Of a stretch of 64,000 bases of DNA, positions 13,515 through 27,812 are shown piece by piece. The translations under genes and the position numbers were made by a program. The first letter of the stretch is position 1. Every line of letters begins with the position of its first letter. The notes under the pieces are model-generated. The model made no database searches. It was given only the letters and a program-made list of their open reading frames with translations, and was not told the origin of the DNA. Source of the DNA: Paecilomyces variotii (taxonomy: Eukaryota); NCBI GenBank assembly GCA_004022145.1, contig RCNU01000001.1. One strand, 5' to 3'.

Positions 13515-14673
13515 GTTGAAGGTAGAGTGTGAATTCAAATGGAAATGAAACTTGACGACATAAGAAGATATATAAATGCACTCAAAATAAACAGTTAAGA
13601 CTCCGTATCCGGTTTTCTCACACGCATTTGAGATTAAGTGAGCGCCAAGGAAACAATGCAAGTGAGGAGTCACCCCGCTTGATAAACGAACAATGAGAGT
13701 GTGCGCAATATATATCACACAGAGAGCAAAGTATCTATCCTCAACAAGGTATACAGGATAGGCAGCAAATGTACTGCGGCGTAGTTAGTGCAAGGCTGTG
13801 CATTCAGAGAGTGCCTAGAGTGTCTAGGGTGCCTTGGAGGCTGGTGCTGTGACGTGGCATAGACTAGGATGAAATATGTAGTCGGGTCGTTTTGGCAGGG
13901 GTGGTTGCGAAATATAGAGCGAGGGCAGCGGCGAATTACTCCAGGCGTGAAATATGGAATTTGATATAATCGACGGCATGACAATTGGATAATAGGGGCT
14001 ACATCGAGCAAAACTATGCTTTTATGGGCATACAAATTACGCAAAGTCCATTGCCCAACTGATCCCAGATCCTCTGCGTCAGTATCTATTATTTATTAAA
14101 AGAGTCGCTAGATAGAAGTTTCCATTCTCTCGGAGCCCCTGATATATCCCGCTCAAAAAAACATTAGAACCTTCGGTGTATGTTCCGTGCATGATGCAAT
14201 ATTGATATGAAGGCCAAGCCTACTGCACAAGGGAGCTTGAAAACCGACCAGAGGGGGGAGGCCAAAAACAAATGTACTGCAAAATGAAACAGCATAGTGT
14301 CCCCAATAATGCGCTTCGCTGAGATGAGAGGTCAGAAACTGACGAGAATCTATATCGCCAGCTGTACAGCTTTTCTCCTCGCCACATGAGCAAGGTTCCG
14401 CAACCAACGAACAAAAATAGAGATGTCGCTCAATGGCACTATTGAAAGAGATGAGAGCACAACCGCGGAACAGTAAACACTTGCACCTCATCATGCAGCC
14501 ACGTAAAAATGTAATAGGGGAAATGAGACCCATCATAACTCCGATAAGGACGACAAAAATGCCAGCCGTAACTAGAAAAGTACAATATGAAGAGGCAGTA
14601 TGGTATGGGCAGTGCCAGTCGTTATTATGTAAAATGAGACATTAGACAACGCAAGTCGTGATTTAGAACGAGA

Positions 14674-16995
14674 TCAAAAGATACCAAATCTTTTAGGCTT
14701 CGCCTTATCTCCGCCTAAGCATGGCATGTTAGACACCTGACAATTTCGACTCCCTGAACGTTCTGACATACCTGGCGAAATGTCCGATTTGGACTTTTGT
14801 TTCGAGCCACTATTTGTCGTAGCAACGGGTGTTGCAGGATTTGCGCCTTCGGCAGCGGCCATAATGGCTGCAATCCTATGTTTTGCTCTCTCATCGCCTT
14901 GATCCGCAGCTTTGACATACCAGACGTTGGCCTCGAGAGGGTCTCTGCGACAACCAATTCCCATTTCAGTAAAGTAGCCAACCGCATACTGTGCCTTTGC
15001 GAGCCCTGGAAAGTTGTCAGCATGGTCGAAGGAAATGCTTATAACACGAAAGTAGGTTGTCGACGTACCAGTCTCAGCAGCTCTCTTAGCCCATTCGTAG
15101 GCTTCACTTTCGTCCTTGTCCAACACAGGTTGGGCTCCCACAAGGTACCAGGCGCATAATGCCATCATCGCCAATGGATGCCCAGCCTGTGCAGCCCCTG
15201 TATAGAAGTGCACGCTGAGTGCAGGATCCCGAGGGCAATTTAACTTGCCGTGCTCATACGCGTCTCCCAGTCGATAATTCGCCTCGGGGTGGCCCAGTTC
15301 AGCGGATTTGGTGAATAGCTGAGCCGCATATGATGGATCGGGAAAGACATCATCCCCATACCCCGTCTCGTGCAACAATCCCAGCTCGTACGGACCAGCA
15401 TTGTACAGCTCATCGACAGATTCCGCCGCTCTTTTCAACCAAGTCACTCCTTCACGATAGCGCTTACCTAGACCCATCTGGCCTGCGAGACATGCCTTGG
15501 CAAGCCGCAGCATGGCACCCGGATGATTCTTCGAAGCCGCTTGTCTGTAGAACTGCGCGGCCTTGGCGCCGTCAAGCTTACTTCCCCAGCCAAACTCATA
15601 GCAGAGACCGACCCGATAACCTGCCTCAGCATGACCGTGTTTACTGGCCGCGACAAAAAGAGGGAAAGCCCGGTCGTAGTCCTCCTTTCCATTGCTAAAC
15701 AGCCCAGAAGCATATCCATCAGCGAGATAATACTGCGAAAAGGGGTGACCGCGGCTTGCGAGTAGCTGAAGGATTGAGCGGGCTTCTCGAAGAAGTCGCG
15801 CTCTTGTGATCTCTGACGACTCCGCCCCGGAATGCGTTGAGCTCTCACCATCCTCGAGTTCTTCAGGAGGCATCTCCCTGACAGCATTAACCATGAAGAC
15901 GGCGAACTCATACTGTATCGAAGGGTCATTTGCCTTCTTGACATTTGCCAGATACATCTCAAATGTCTGCTTGTGGCCGAGGAGAGAAGCATTGTTGCCG
16001 ACAAAAGCTCGAAGGTAGGACTTGCTCATCGCCGTTGGTGCAGGAGGTGGCTGAGGGTAGGGCACGTTCATAAGATCGATATAAGACAACGGTCGGTTAT
16101 CCGGAGACGCAGTAGAATCCCGTGAAGAACCTCGAGCCTGTGAGTTGGGGGAAGGATGTGGGGATAGATTTCGCCCACGGTTAGCAAGATCAGAGACAGA
16201 CGAATATGCTGAACTAGGTCGAGGAATGGAAAGCCCAGCAGAACTCTTGCGCGCAGTTGCCAGGTTGCCGTTCGGACCTGCTCCATTTGGGCCATTGGTG
16301 ATGTCGCGGAATGGCTGGTGGTGATATTGCAGCGGTTGGTATATCTCAGCAGGTTCTGGCATGCTATCAACGCTTCCACGCGAGACGTCACTGGCATCAT
16401 TAGTGCTCTTGTTTGAGCTATGCTCCTCTGGCATGGCATTCGCCTTGTCATGGCTTTGAGTCTCATCCTTGCCAGGCGGCCCGACTAACGACCACGAGCT
16501 ACTACTTGCGGGGGTATGACGGTGATCTTGAGGCTGCGAGAGCTGAATGGGAGGAATAGAATCCGCCCGTGGTGGTGGTACGGAGTTTGGCCGGCCGGCC
16601 CCGGCACCCTGCTGCTGCGAATGGGGCCAGTCGTTCACAGACATTCTGGAGAATGTTTCGACAGGCGGCGTGTGCTCGGAGTAGCCGTGATTCGAGTGCT
16701 CGATGAGAGCACTAGAGGCTTGGGGAAGTTCACTCCCGTCGTCTATTTTAACCGGGGACACCGGGGAATTGTGTATGACAGCATCGTGACCAATTTCGAG
16801 CGGAGTCGGCCGTAGGGGCTTTCTCGAAATCTTCTGAACATTAGGCTTTGCTTCTGGACTGTCTGATAGTCCCTTTCGAAATGGGGGAGGGGGAGGGATA
16901 TCCGACTCTGTAGGAGGCGGTGGAGATGATCGTAGGTATACTGGCGCAGGAGGCGAGATAGGGGGACGGAAAGTGCTGGTGGCTGGACTGGCCAT
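14674..16995 (-). CDS. Chitin synthase activator (Chs4/Skt5-like, Sel1 repeats), with two short 3' introns
   Basis: A Pro/Ser-rich N-terminus is followed by Sel1-like repeats (AGYRVGLCYEFGWG, GPYELGLLHETGYG, AQYAVGYFTEMGIG). Confidence 0.93.
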   Translation of the reverse strand: MASPATSTFRPPISPPAPVYLRSSPPPPTESDIPPPPPFRKGLSDSPEAKPNVQKISRKPLRPTPLEIGHDAVIHNSPVSPVKIDDGSELPQASSALIEHSNHGYSEHTPPVETFSRMSVNDWPHSQQQGAGAGRPNSVPPPRADSIPPIQLSQPQDHRHTPASSSSWSLVGPPGKDETQSHDKANAMPEEHSSNKSTNDASDVSRGSVDSMPEPAEIYQPLQYHHQPFRDITNGPNGAGPNGNLATARKSSAGLSIPRPSSAYSSVSDLANRGRNLSPHPSPNSQARGSSRDSTASPDNRPLSYIDLMNVPYPQPPPAPTAMSKSYLRAFVGNNASLLGHKQTFEMYLANVKKANDPSIQYEFAVFMVNAVREMPPEELEDGESSTHSGAESSEITRARLLREARSILQLLASRGHPFSQYYLADGYASGLFSNGKEDYDRAFPLFVAASKHGHAEAGYRVGLCYEFGWGSKLDGAKAAQFYRQAASKNHPGAMLRLAKACLAGQMGLGKRYREGVTWLKRAAESVDELYNAGPYELGLLHETGYGDDVFPDPSYAAQLFTKSAELGHPEANYRLGDAYEHGKLNCPRDPALSVHFYTGAAQAGHPLAMMALCAWYLVGAQPVLDKDESEAYEWAKRAAETGTSTTYFRVISISFDHADNFPGLAKAQYAVGYFTEMGIGCRRDPLEANVWYVKAADQGDERAKHRIAAIMAAAEGANPATPVATTNSGSKQKSKSDISPGMSERSGSRNCQVSNMPCLGGDKAKPKRFGIF

Positions 16996-19900
16996 GATTG
17001 CACGCAGCGTATGTGCTTCCTGTAAAGCCTCTGCCCAGTTAAGAGGAGGCTATTCGATCCACCAACGGTAAGGTGTCGTAACGTGTAGAAAGGCAGCAGG
17101 CAGAAATATCACCCTAACACATGGAGTCTCGAAAACAGCGGTTTAGCGACTGAGGTAGTTATCGTCCTAGAGAAATGGAGATTGAGATATTTACTTCCTG
17201 CGGCGTGGAGGAAGTCGAGTTGGCCGGAGGGAACCGAGAAGCCAAGGTCTTTGGCAGGATGCCACACCTACAGGAGACAATCAGTCAACACCGTGAATTT
17301 AACAAGGCCAACGGATACTCTGGATCGAAATCCATCAGGCGATCTATCGAAGCTTGGGAGGAAGGGAGGGGCAACGAGGCAATTGCTCTCTGACGGCGGA
17401 ACTGACCTGCGCTTGACTCTCCAAGCTTCCGTGCACAAGGTGTCCGGAAATGTAGTCTGATTGCAGTGCACAGTCGACTCACAGGATCAGATCTCTCCGG
17501 GTGACTGTTCACCACTTTGAGATGTTGTCCTTCAGCCTCCGACGTGACAGCTAGATGCCACCAGATCAGGTGGAGAGGAGCAGTCGCTGGGCCCGCTCCG
17601 GGGGATGGATCTCTGTCCGAAGTCGGTTGAGCGACGGCACGGATCAACTCAAGACTGTAACGTCTGCTTCTTAGTCCATCCAGATGAAACGCGGACCTGT
17701 GAGTGAGAGTAAATTCCGGCGATGCACAGAGAATAATAGGGAAGAATGGTCAGTTCCCCCGCGTGGTGTACGTGGAATGAAAGAGGGCTGATGCCGACGC
17801 TCGCCGCGGATACCAAACAAGCGTCTGCAATGATGGTGAGTACTGCAGTGTTAATGATGTGCACCGCCTAGCCAAGATCCTTGCTCCACAGCCCGCAAGC
17901 GCACGCTGATCGAAGTACGGAGTACAGGGCCCGTGGATGTCTCGGAAAACACTGTTCACTGTGCTGACAATCTCAGCAATGGCGCTGAGGAGGAGGGATC
18001 TCTTGTGCTCTCGTTATTCCAGCCTCTCAAAGTTACCGAAGCTGATGGACTGAACGCGTGGAAAGAGACAACTGATGGAAGCTATCGGCAGTTACAGGAC
18101 CAACCGCCTGGCCGTTGAGGCTCTGCAAAAAGAGGATGAAGAAGAGAAAAGAAGTGAGAGGAAATCGAAGAATTGGCGGAATGGTAGCTCTTGCGCCTCT
18201 TCTTGCTGGCCTCCTGGTTCATCCCATTTCCAGCCCCAATCCAAGTTGAAGACCCATCGTCTCACTGATGCCAGTAGCTACTACTAAGTACCACCGTCCA
18301 GTGGTGGAAACTCCAAGATGAACCAGCGTTTCCTGTTTCAGCACGATCCCATGGCCTACGGTCCCTCTCCTCCTTAGAGCTTTTACGCATAGACTCTCTA
18401 GAGTACCTAGTTCCGGGGGCTGGGTCCAAGCGTGCCCCGAGATGGATTCTACGTTCGCTTTCTCAGCGCGTGGATGCAACTGTGGAACTAGACTGGCTGA
18501 TGCAAGGCGCTAATAGTTTCTTTCTCTCTCTCTCTTTTTTTTTTTTCAATTCTTTTTTCTATTCCTATGGCTCAGCATGAGATGCAGCCATTGAAGAAAA
18601 GGGCAGAATCCGGCACCGCGCTACTGGACATTCGAGTCTAATAACAACTAACTAATCATCGGCTGGGTCGGGTAGAGCGAGCGAGTGGTAAGATATTATT
18701 CTCTTCCTCCGGAATCCAGCTTGAGTTTGATGGATCTATTCTAAGTTAGCTCAGAGAACCAGCACGAACCACACTGTCAAAGAAGAGACCCATTCAGAGA
18801 CAGCCAGACACTGTGCGAGGGCCACCCCAGGGCAGACGGCGTTAAACTGGAACCGAACCTCTGATAGCCATCGAGATGTTTCGGATTTTCGGTACTGTTC
18901 CCACATCCCGCTCTCCTTTGTTTATTTATCATCGTCATTGTTTTCTGGAGCGCCAAGAATTATGTCGGGGTCCAAATTGAGATTTCCTGATTAACTTATC
19001 GATTATCCATCCTTGCGGACGCTATCTCGATTACGTCGATCCCCGCACGTTCCATCATGCCTTCCAGGACGTCGGGAAGCTGACAAGACGGGGCTGGCGT
19101 GAGTGATAAGACGAGCCATCGTGCGTTGCAGCTCTTATCTCGCATGCTTTTCATATCGCAGCAATCGGAACAGCGCTCAGCCCTATATATATTTATCTCG
19201 CTGCAGGTCCCCTTGGATGTTCTAACTGCTCTGAGAAAACCCCGGTTAACCGTCAACGCTGCCGTGTCTGACCCCGGCTGGAGCCCCCAGAGTGCTTTGG
19301 CCCGGAGAAGGTCGAATATTAGTTATTATGATCGCCAGGAGAGACTGTAGATCGGCCCGATCCGATCAGGACCCCTATCGGTCAGAGCATACAGACTGCT
19401 GCAGAAACCTGATATTTAATCGAGGAAGAATTGGCTATGTTCTGAGCTGATGAAGTATACACTTATAGTTATATCACAATATGTCGTAAGACGAGGTTGA
19501 TCACCTGCCGTTGACAGCCAAGACGGGAAGTGTTCGGTGCGATACAACCGAGTAGGTACACTAACTTTAAGATGCAGGTCTCAATACTGGTGACTGACCA
19601 AAAGACCATTGTTTCACTGTGAAGATATTATTATTATTTTATAATTTCAGGAGCCTTTCTCGCGTTTAAACATGTGACCTTGTTCCTCAACATATAGGGT
19701 TGGCAGCCGCCCGGGAAGGGGGATCGCCATACCCGACATATCATTATGCAGCAGGGTTCTAGAAGTGAACTTCGATGGCAACAGCGATGCACAGGAGAGA
19801 CGCCATAAAATACGAAGTCTGTATTTGTTATCATCTCGTGTCTGACGCTGACGCTCTAGGTCGCATTCGACTGAGACTGGACCAGCGACGATGCTTACTG

Positions 19901-21740
19901 AGAGATGCTGTGTCACCAACCTGCAGGGGGGGGGGGAAGACGAAAAATTACCCACTGAAAGGAGAGCAGAGTTTCAGCTCAGCGACAAACACGCCTGAGG
20001 ACAGTCAGACTTAATTGGGCTGTTGCAGCCGCCTCGGGTATGGTTGATGCGTGTCTGCTACCGAGCTGTCCTCATCTTGCTACGGAGTATTATTACAGGA
20101 CGAGAGATTTTCATTCTGGCGCTGCACTCCATGCATAACTCGTCGTGTTGAACTTCCGAGTTCCGAATCCTTTTTTTGCTTTTCAGCATTATTTATGGGT
20201 GCGCTCTGGGCAGTGGTCCGCTTAGGGACGGGATTGGATATAGTACAGTGAGCGTGGTTATAATTGCCCCTTTCCAATACGCGAAGTCTTTGGGGGGCCC
20301 TCTCGAGTAGACGCCGTCGAGTATGGTCTGTCTGCACAGACCCATATTCAAATTAATTATAAGTGCGCTTCTTGGCTAAGTGAGAAACTGCCCCCGTACT
20401 AGAGTACCATAGACTAGATATGGCATATGTCGTATGACCGCCTTGCTTCACTCCAGACCGCAGTTCACGGAAAGAAGAAAAGATTATGGGACATGCTGCC
20501 ACTACTAGCTGCCAGCTGGACAACGTTGACGACGGATGCGCCGGGAGTGCCAGAGGGAAGATGCCAGAAGCCTGCATTGTTCTATACTTAGTCTATCCCA
20601 GGCTGATTGATGCGCTCCCGTGACCTCGTAAGCCTCTCGACCACGGTCGGCTGGTAAAGAATTGGTAAAAGCCCGTTACTCTCGCGACAAAAAGGCACCG
20701 CACAGGGCACAATTTCGCCTCCTCCTTGAACTTTGGACCCGGATTAGAGAAGATTCTAAGTTAGCGTGCCGTGCCCAGATTGATTGACTAGTTCCTAGCC
20801 CCATGGACGCCTGGAGAAAATTCCCCCTCCCCGCTAAGCCGCAAGATCGGTTAGAGATGTCTTGCTGTTGCCCAGTCAGCGCCTGGCGTCCGAGCGGATG
20901 GCTCCCAAGCTGGAAAGCCAGACCCTTGGCTAAGTGAGGGAGCTAAAAGAGTCTAATGCACTAAACAAACCATGCGTCTGGATGAGCTGCTAAGCAAAAG
21001 CAATCCCTGCCTCCACTTGGACAAGAGTTACTGTGATGGTCGCCGGGGGAAACAATCGGATCCAGTCGACGGGTGCGTGAGAGAGAGATCCCGCCAACCC
21101 CCCCGTGACAGCATGGGACATGTGCTGCTTCGGCTTGTTAATGTTGTGATCAGGCAAAAGCAGAAACTTGTTGTCTTCTTTGTTCCTGCATGAAACATCA
21201 CTTGTTGCATCTCTCATCACTCATTCACAAAAACACCAGGACGAGCCTGGGGTTTTCCTATGGACCTAAGCCCCCCCTAGTCGCTTGTTCCATTTCTACT
21301 TGACTACTAGTACTTGCGATCCATTCAGTCCACCGGATCGTCAGTGTCTGGGGCGGCCAGTAAGGAAGAGTCTCTGCTGGACCACTTTCTGGGCATTGCC
21401 TAGCTGTACGTCTGACGAGATCTCCATCACCTTTTCTGCAGCGCAAAGGGACGTTCTCCGGACTAAACAGTTTCCATAGTCGAAGGTGCAGGAAAAGTAG
21501 CAGACTTTCTGCGCTGATACGAACTCTCACCGTCGAGAATAGACGAATTCCTACTCCATACCGTGCCTATGTGGTGAAGACGACGTTGATTGTCTCGCCC
21601 TATATCTATTTTTGGTATTCCCACCTTGAGGGGTGGGATTCCAGTGACCTCGTGAGTGGAAATCCCGTGGCAGCATGCGCGTGGCTTCGTTCTGGAATGT
21701 GGGATACTGACATTCTCTTTGCTACTATTCTAGAGGCACC

Positions 21741-24700
21741 ATGTCCCTACCACGGAGACCGTCGCACGCTTCGTCGAGGCCGGAGGAGCCTAATATCGGG
21801 TTCAGGGAGTCGTCGCGACGGCGTCGACGGGACATCGAAACAGGTGGATATACAGATGAACCTGCGACTCCAGGCCGGCATCGTCGTCACAGGTCTCACC
21901 ACTCCCGGAGCCACAGCCTCAGAGACTCGGATGGCATGCCATCGCCGACAGACATCAATCGCAAACGCAGCTTGGTGCGACCGGAGCGGAATCGCATCGA
22001 TCGCGACCATCCGAACTATTACTACCGTCAGCATGCGCAGAACATGGACACGTTCCCGTCCAGTACAGGGCACGACCCGATCTTTGAGGGAGATGGCGAG
22101 CCGGACACTGGCGACTCGGAAAGCGGAGAAATGAACGTTGTCGACACAGACAAGCTCTACGGTGCCCATGGCAATGTGAACAAGCCCATGGAACGCGTCC
22201 CAAGTCAGAAAAGGAGACGGCGAAAGCTGTCGCGCAAGGAAGCTGTTGACCTCGAAGAAAAACAATTGCAAAAGCAGCTTGACGAGCAACTACGTCCGCC
22301 CAGTCCCTGGAACGTGTATTGTTCGATTGTGACCTTCTGGGCTCCCGACTTCGTGCTCAAATGTTTCGGTATGCCCGCGAAAGCGCAACGGAGAGCCTGG
22401 CGTGAGAAGATGGGTCTCATCAGCGTTATTCTCCTGATTTGTACCTTCGTTGGATTCCTCACCTTCGGCTTCACAGCAGTGGTCTGCGCCGCTCCTCCCG
22501 TGCGTCTGAAGGTCAACCAGGTCGACAGCGGATACATGATTTTCCACGGCAGTGCCTATGATCTTTCGAAGTCTAAGCACCCTGCCGCGGCAGGGATCCC
22601 GGCCGGCTCCAACGTTCTGTATGATCTTCCTCACAAGTATGGTGGACAGGATGGAAGTTTCTTTTTCCAGAATGTCAACGGCGCTTGCAAAGATCTTATT
22701 ACCCTTGCCCCAGGTTCGGACGTCCCTACCAACGACAACGGCGATTTGGCGTGGTACTTCCCATGCACTGCATTCAACCAGGATGGTTCCAGCAAGCCTA
22801 ATCTGACCATACCCTACTACTTCGGCTATGCTTGTCATACTAGTGCAAACGCCCGAAATGCTTTCTACAACCTCAGGAGCGAGGGAGACGTCTATTTCAC
22901 GTGGGATGATGTGAGGAATCAGAGCAGGAATCTGATGGTGTATTCCGGCTCTGTGGTCGATCTGGATTTGCTAGAATGGTTCAATCACAGCCAGGTCTCG
23001 TACCCAGCCCAATTCGACGATTTGCGGCAGAATCCAGACATCAAGGGCAAAGATATCACTTATGCTTTCCAGACGAAAGCAGATAGGAAGATCGGAAAAT
23101 GCTTGACTGAGATCATCAGGGTCGGCTCCATTGATACAGAAACAGTCGGGTGCATCGCCTCAAAGGTCGTGCTTTATGTATCGTTGGCCTTCATTCTTGG
23201 TATCGTTGGTGCGAAGTTCGTTCTTGCATTGCTTTTCCAGTGGTTCGTATGTCGCCGTTATGCGGCAAGCCGGACAAGCATGGGCTCGGACTCGAAGAGG
23301 CGGAACCAGGAGATTGAGGATTGGTCGAATGATATCTACCGGCCAGGTCCTCGACTGGCGGACCCTACTATCCCTGACGGTTCGAATAAGCGCAAGAGCT
23401 TCTTGCCCACCACTTCTCGTTTCTCCAGCCCTTATGTGATGGGAGGTACAAGTAAACGACGACCGGCCCCGACTACCATGGCCAGTCAGAACTCGACATC
23501 ACGGCTTATCCCTACCACCTCTCCCTCGATGTACAAGGCTGGCCACAACAGCAGTGGCGGTACACTCAGCGTAGATCCCATTTCCCACCAGAACAGTGCG
23601 TCTAGCTATACAGGACAAGATACGCGTTATTCCAGCGCCCCGGTGGAGTCCGACACAACCGGACCTGGGGGCTTCATTCATGGCGCCGTTGTTCCTCAGC
23701 CCCCGCCGGAATGGGAGCCATTTGGCTTCCCACTGGTCCATTCACTCTGCCTGGTCACTTGTTACTCGGAAGGTGAAGAGGGTTTGCGGACCACCCTGGA
23801 CTCCATTGCCACGACAGACTACCCCAATAGCCACAAGACGATTCTCGTTATCTGTGATGGTATTATCAAGGGTAAAGGAGAGGAATTCTCGACACCGGAC
23901 ATCGTTCTTGGGATGATGTGTGATCATGCTGTTCTGCCGGAGGAAGTGCAGGCCCATTCTTACGTGGCTGTCGCTACTGGAGCAAAGAGGCACAACATGG
24001 CAAAGATCTACTCCGGGTTCTACGACTACGGCGCACATTCTGTCGTGCCGCCCGAAAAGCAGCAACGTGTACCCATGTTGGTCGTAGTGAAGTGCGGAAC
24101 ACCAGACGAAGCGGAGGCGGCCAAGCCAGGCAACCGAGGCAAGCGAGATAGTCAAATTATTCTGATGTCGTTCCTGCAGAAAGTCATGTTCGACGAGCGG
24201 ATGACAGAATTGGAATACGAGATGTTCAACGGACTCTGGAATATCACCGGCATCTCCCCTGATTTCTACGAAGTCGTTCTGATGGTTGATGCCGATACGA
24301 AGGTCTTCCCGGACAGTCTGACGCACATGGTTTCCGCCATGGTTAAAGACCCCGAGATCATGGGTCTGTGTGGTGAGACGAAGATCGCGAACAAGACTGC
24401 AAGCTGGGTTTCCATGATTCAGGTGTTCGAATACTTCATCTCCCATCACCAGGCAAAGTCGTTCGAATCCTTCTTTGGCGGTGTCACGTGTTTGCCCGGA
24501 TGTTTTTCGATGTACCGTATCAAATCCCCCAAGGGAGGTCAGAACTACTGGGTGCCTATCCTGGCGAACCCTGATGTGGTCGAGCACTACTCGGAGAACG
24601 TGGTGGATACGCTCCACAAGAAGAACCTGCTGCTTTTGGGTGAGGATCGGTATCTGTCTACGTTGATGCTGAAGACCTTCCCCAAGCGGAAGCAAGTCTT

Positions 24701-25405
24701 CGTGCCCCAAGCCGTGTGCAAGACCGTTGTGCCGGACGAGTTCAAGGTGCTTCTCTCTCAGCGGCGTCGGTGGATCAACAGTACGGTGCACAACCTGATG
24801 GAGCTTGTCCTGGTTCGTGATCTCTGTGGTACATTCTGCTTCAGTATGCAGTTTGTTGTCTTCATCGAGCTGGTCGGCACGGTTGTTTTGCCGGCAGCCA
24901 TCAGTTTCACATTTTACGTTGTGATCAAGTCTATTGTCTCGAAACCTGTGCAAACCATCCCTCTCGTCCTGCTCGCCCTTATCCTAGGTCTCCCCGGTGT
25001 TCTGATCGTGGTGACCGCGCACCGCCTCTCATACCTGTTGTGGATGCTGATCTACCTGATCTCGCTCCCGGTTTGGAATTTCATCCTACCCACGTACGCT
25101 TACTGGAAGTTCGATGACTTCAGCTGGGGAGACACGCGTAAGACGGCGGGGGAGAAGACCAAGAAAGCCGGACTGGAGTATGAGGGAGAGTTCGACAGCA
25201 CGAAGATCACCATGAAGAGGTGGCGCGACTTCGAAAAAGGTAAGGACATCACTCTGCCCCTAGGCTCTGTAGAAGAAAGCGATGGACTGACGGATCTCCT
25301 GCAGAGCGTCGCCTCAAGGCTGCGGGATGGCCCCAGCCCGGTGCTGCGGTGGGCGGGTATCCCCCGCATCCCAGCATGTATGAATCATACGGGGACTACC
25401 GCTGA
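21741..25405 (+). CDS. Class IV chitin synthase (Chs3/ChsD type)
   Basis: [12 protein letters not shown]-terminus, cytochrome-b5-like region, [33 protein letters not shown] and DDFSWG. The last intron is at about 25240-25303 and the stop at 25403-25405. A 5'UTR intron acceptor lies at about 21733. Confidence 0.96.
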
Positions 25406-27812
25406 TGCCTTCCTTCTCCTTCTATCTTATCATCTCTTTTTCCCCTGCAGCGCTGGTCTGCTCATTTGTGTTATATCGGTAATACCAGTCCCTTTTTCTT
25501 TTTAATGGCATTTCGGGTGGGATAGATCTCCGACGGGCATCTTTTTCATCAGGGAATACTGCTTTGACAACGCATGTCGATGGCGTTTGTATAGTGTTCC
25601 ATGTATGTATGCACATGTACATCGGTTGACATATCGTCTTTTCGGTCCCCTTGCTGGGGGCCCTGCTTGCTTTGTTTCAAAAAGGAAGGCAGGAATGGCT
25701 ATGCTGCTATCCCTGTTCTATTCTTGTATGCAGCGTGTTTTGCTTCTGTTTCTCCAGCGATTCCGGGGCCTCTGGGCGGGAAACTGACCGGGTGATTTCC
25801 CGGGACAGGGTAGTCTTCCCCCACAGGGTAGCCATAGCAGTCATGATGTAGCATACGACCACCTATCAATATTAAATATGAACAGATGTATACGACCAGT
25901 CAGTCATCTTGCTCGATAACCTTCATTCTGCCTGAATTATTGTATGTTTCGGCGCTGTCATCTTGTCCCGTTTCTCTTTGCCCCTATTTCCCCACGCGGG
26001 ATTGGTGAGTCCCGCCCGGATGCGCGTAGGAGCGGTTCGGGGTCCCGGCATGAGCTGTCATATCGGGCTATTATTCTCCAGTCTTGGACGCTGCGCATTC
26101 GTTGGCGGCGCAGCCTCCTAGGTAGTGACCTGGATGAGAGATAGGGCCAGGCATTTGACAGTTCTTCTGTGATGGAAGGAGGACAACAATAATAACAATA
26201 TGCTCTCTGGCGACGGATATTCTGGCTGGAGGAAGTGCGTACTGGCCATTGAGCCCATTGTCCCGGGTTGTGGCTGAGGAGACTACCATAGAGTGGGTAG
26301 GAAACCATCGACGCAATCGACTTGCGTCTGCCCGAGGTAGCTGCAACATCGTTCGCACTATTATTTTCAACGGTAGATTGTAGTCTAGAAAGTGTTCGAC
26401 CGTTAGTGAAGGTGCCTGAGTGGATGCTCCGGACCCAGAAACTGTCGAGCACGAGGCGGGCACATAACGGTCATCTGCTCGTGGTGCCAACTCTCTCTCT
26501 GTGGCTCGGGCCTTTTTTTCTCTCTCTTGGTCTCGCGACCTGTCCGAACGGCGGGTTATTATTACTACTACTACTACTACTTCTATCACCAACCACTAAC
26601 TTATCGTCATTAAATCGCTATCAGTAATACAGGGGTCAGAGTGGCTTCTCGCACTTCCTTTCTCTCGTTGCGTTCTGTTTCCTAGTGACGCAGGTGTCGA
26701 GTTCTAGGGCGGTCGGATCGCTCCGACAGGACACAGCGCTTTCAGTTAGTCGGGCTCACAAGTTACAACCGTCAGTCGCTGCCATCTCCGGCCGTCTCTG
26801 CGACTACCTTCTCGATTACCATTATTCGAGTTCTCTGTTCGAATAGACGGGCCAGAGAAACATCCAAAGGACCGAAGACAACCCCTCAGGGTCGTGCTGT
26901 CGCACAGGCGGCTGCAGTCGAATCTTCTGCTGCGGGTGAGTGGCGTCCCCGAATTGTCCCTAACCCAGTCGTGGCATCGAATTCGACCACACCTCGGATT
27001 CTGATCCCCTTGACCCCGCATGTCTGTCCTCCTGGTATGTCTGGGAGATAACCGCATTGATTTTCTCCCGGAAACTATTACCGTCAGATAAAAAAGAAAG
27101 AGGAGAAGAAAAATACAGAAAGAAAAGGGAAAGGAAAGGGCTTCTTTGTGGTTTAATCCCGGAAGATTTGCGGCTGAATCTGTACTCCCGGACCGGGGTA
27201 AGAATGTAAGGTTTGTATGGCTACGGACATACATACATACATACATCCTGCCAGCAGCACATGTCATGCGCAGGGGTTGGAGGGTCAGCACCAGGGGGAT
27301 TGATACGATAATGCCTGTCTTGATTAACAACACGTCCGATTCGACTCAGCTAACGTGGTATCTTAGCGTCCCCTGCACTGGACTTTGGCGCTGCGTTAAA
27401 TCTCGTGACGCAGCCGACTCAAACAGTCTCTGTTATCACTATATTGCCTTCCAGCTGCAATATAGTTGCGATCTCCATGACTGTAGTGTCTGTCACCCCT
27501 GACCTGACCCGAACGCTTGGAGATCTGTGACGTCCTTGTACCGTGACCGGCGTAAAACGGGTTTCTTACCACCGGAGACAGAACCCCGCAACGTACCCTC
27601 GCTTCCTTGGATATAGACGTCAAAGTACCGCACGAAGTCTCTTTTCTTTTTTTGCTGTTGAGCTGATGACTACTTCTGTGCCATTCTGTCATGTATCTCT
27701 GTAGATTATTCATGATACAGGTCGGTTTCTTCTGCTCCTGATAGACGATCTTGGACTTCAAGTCTGACTCGTCCCAGGATCTTTGTGTTCGGATCGTGTG
27801 ACGGGTGAGGAG

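Noticed and set aside
23742-24953. 403-aa minus-strand ORF, and similar ORFs at 4483-5247, 9749-10618 and 470-1069
   Set aside because: These are antisense to well-supported genes and are explained by codon bias.
25852-25900. CATACGACCA resembling the start of fungal 5S rRNA
   Set aside because: The similarity does not extend beyond about 10 nt. No tRNA or rRNA gene was recognised in the window.
26556-26582. (TTA/CTA)n microsatellite, also (ACAT)n at about 27227 and poly-G at about 62627
   Set aside because: These are ordinary simple repeats with no further structure.
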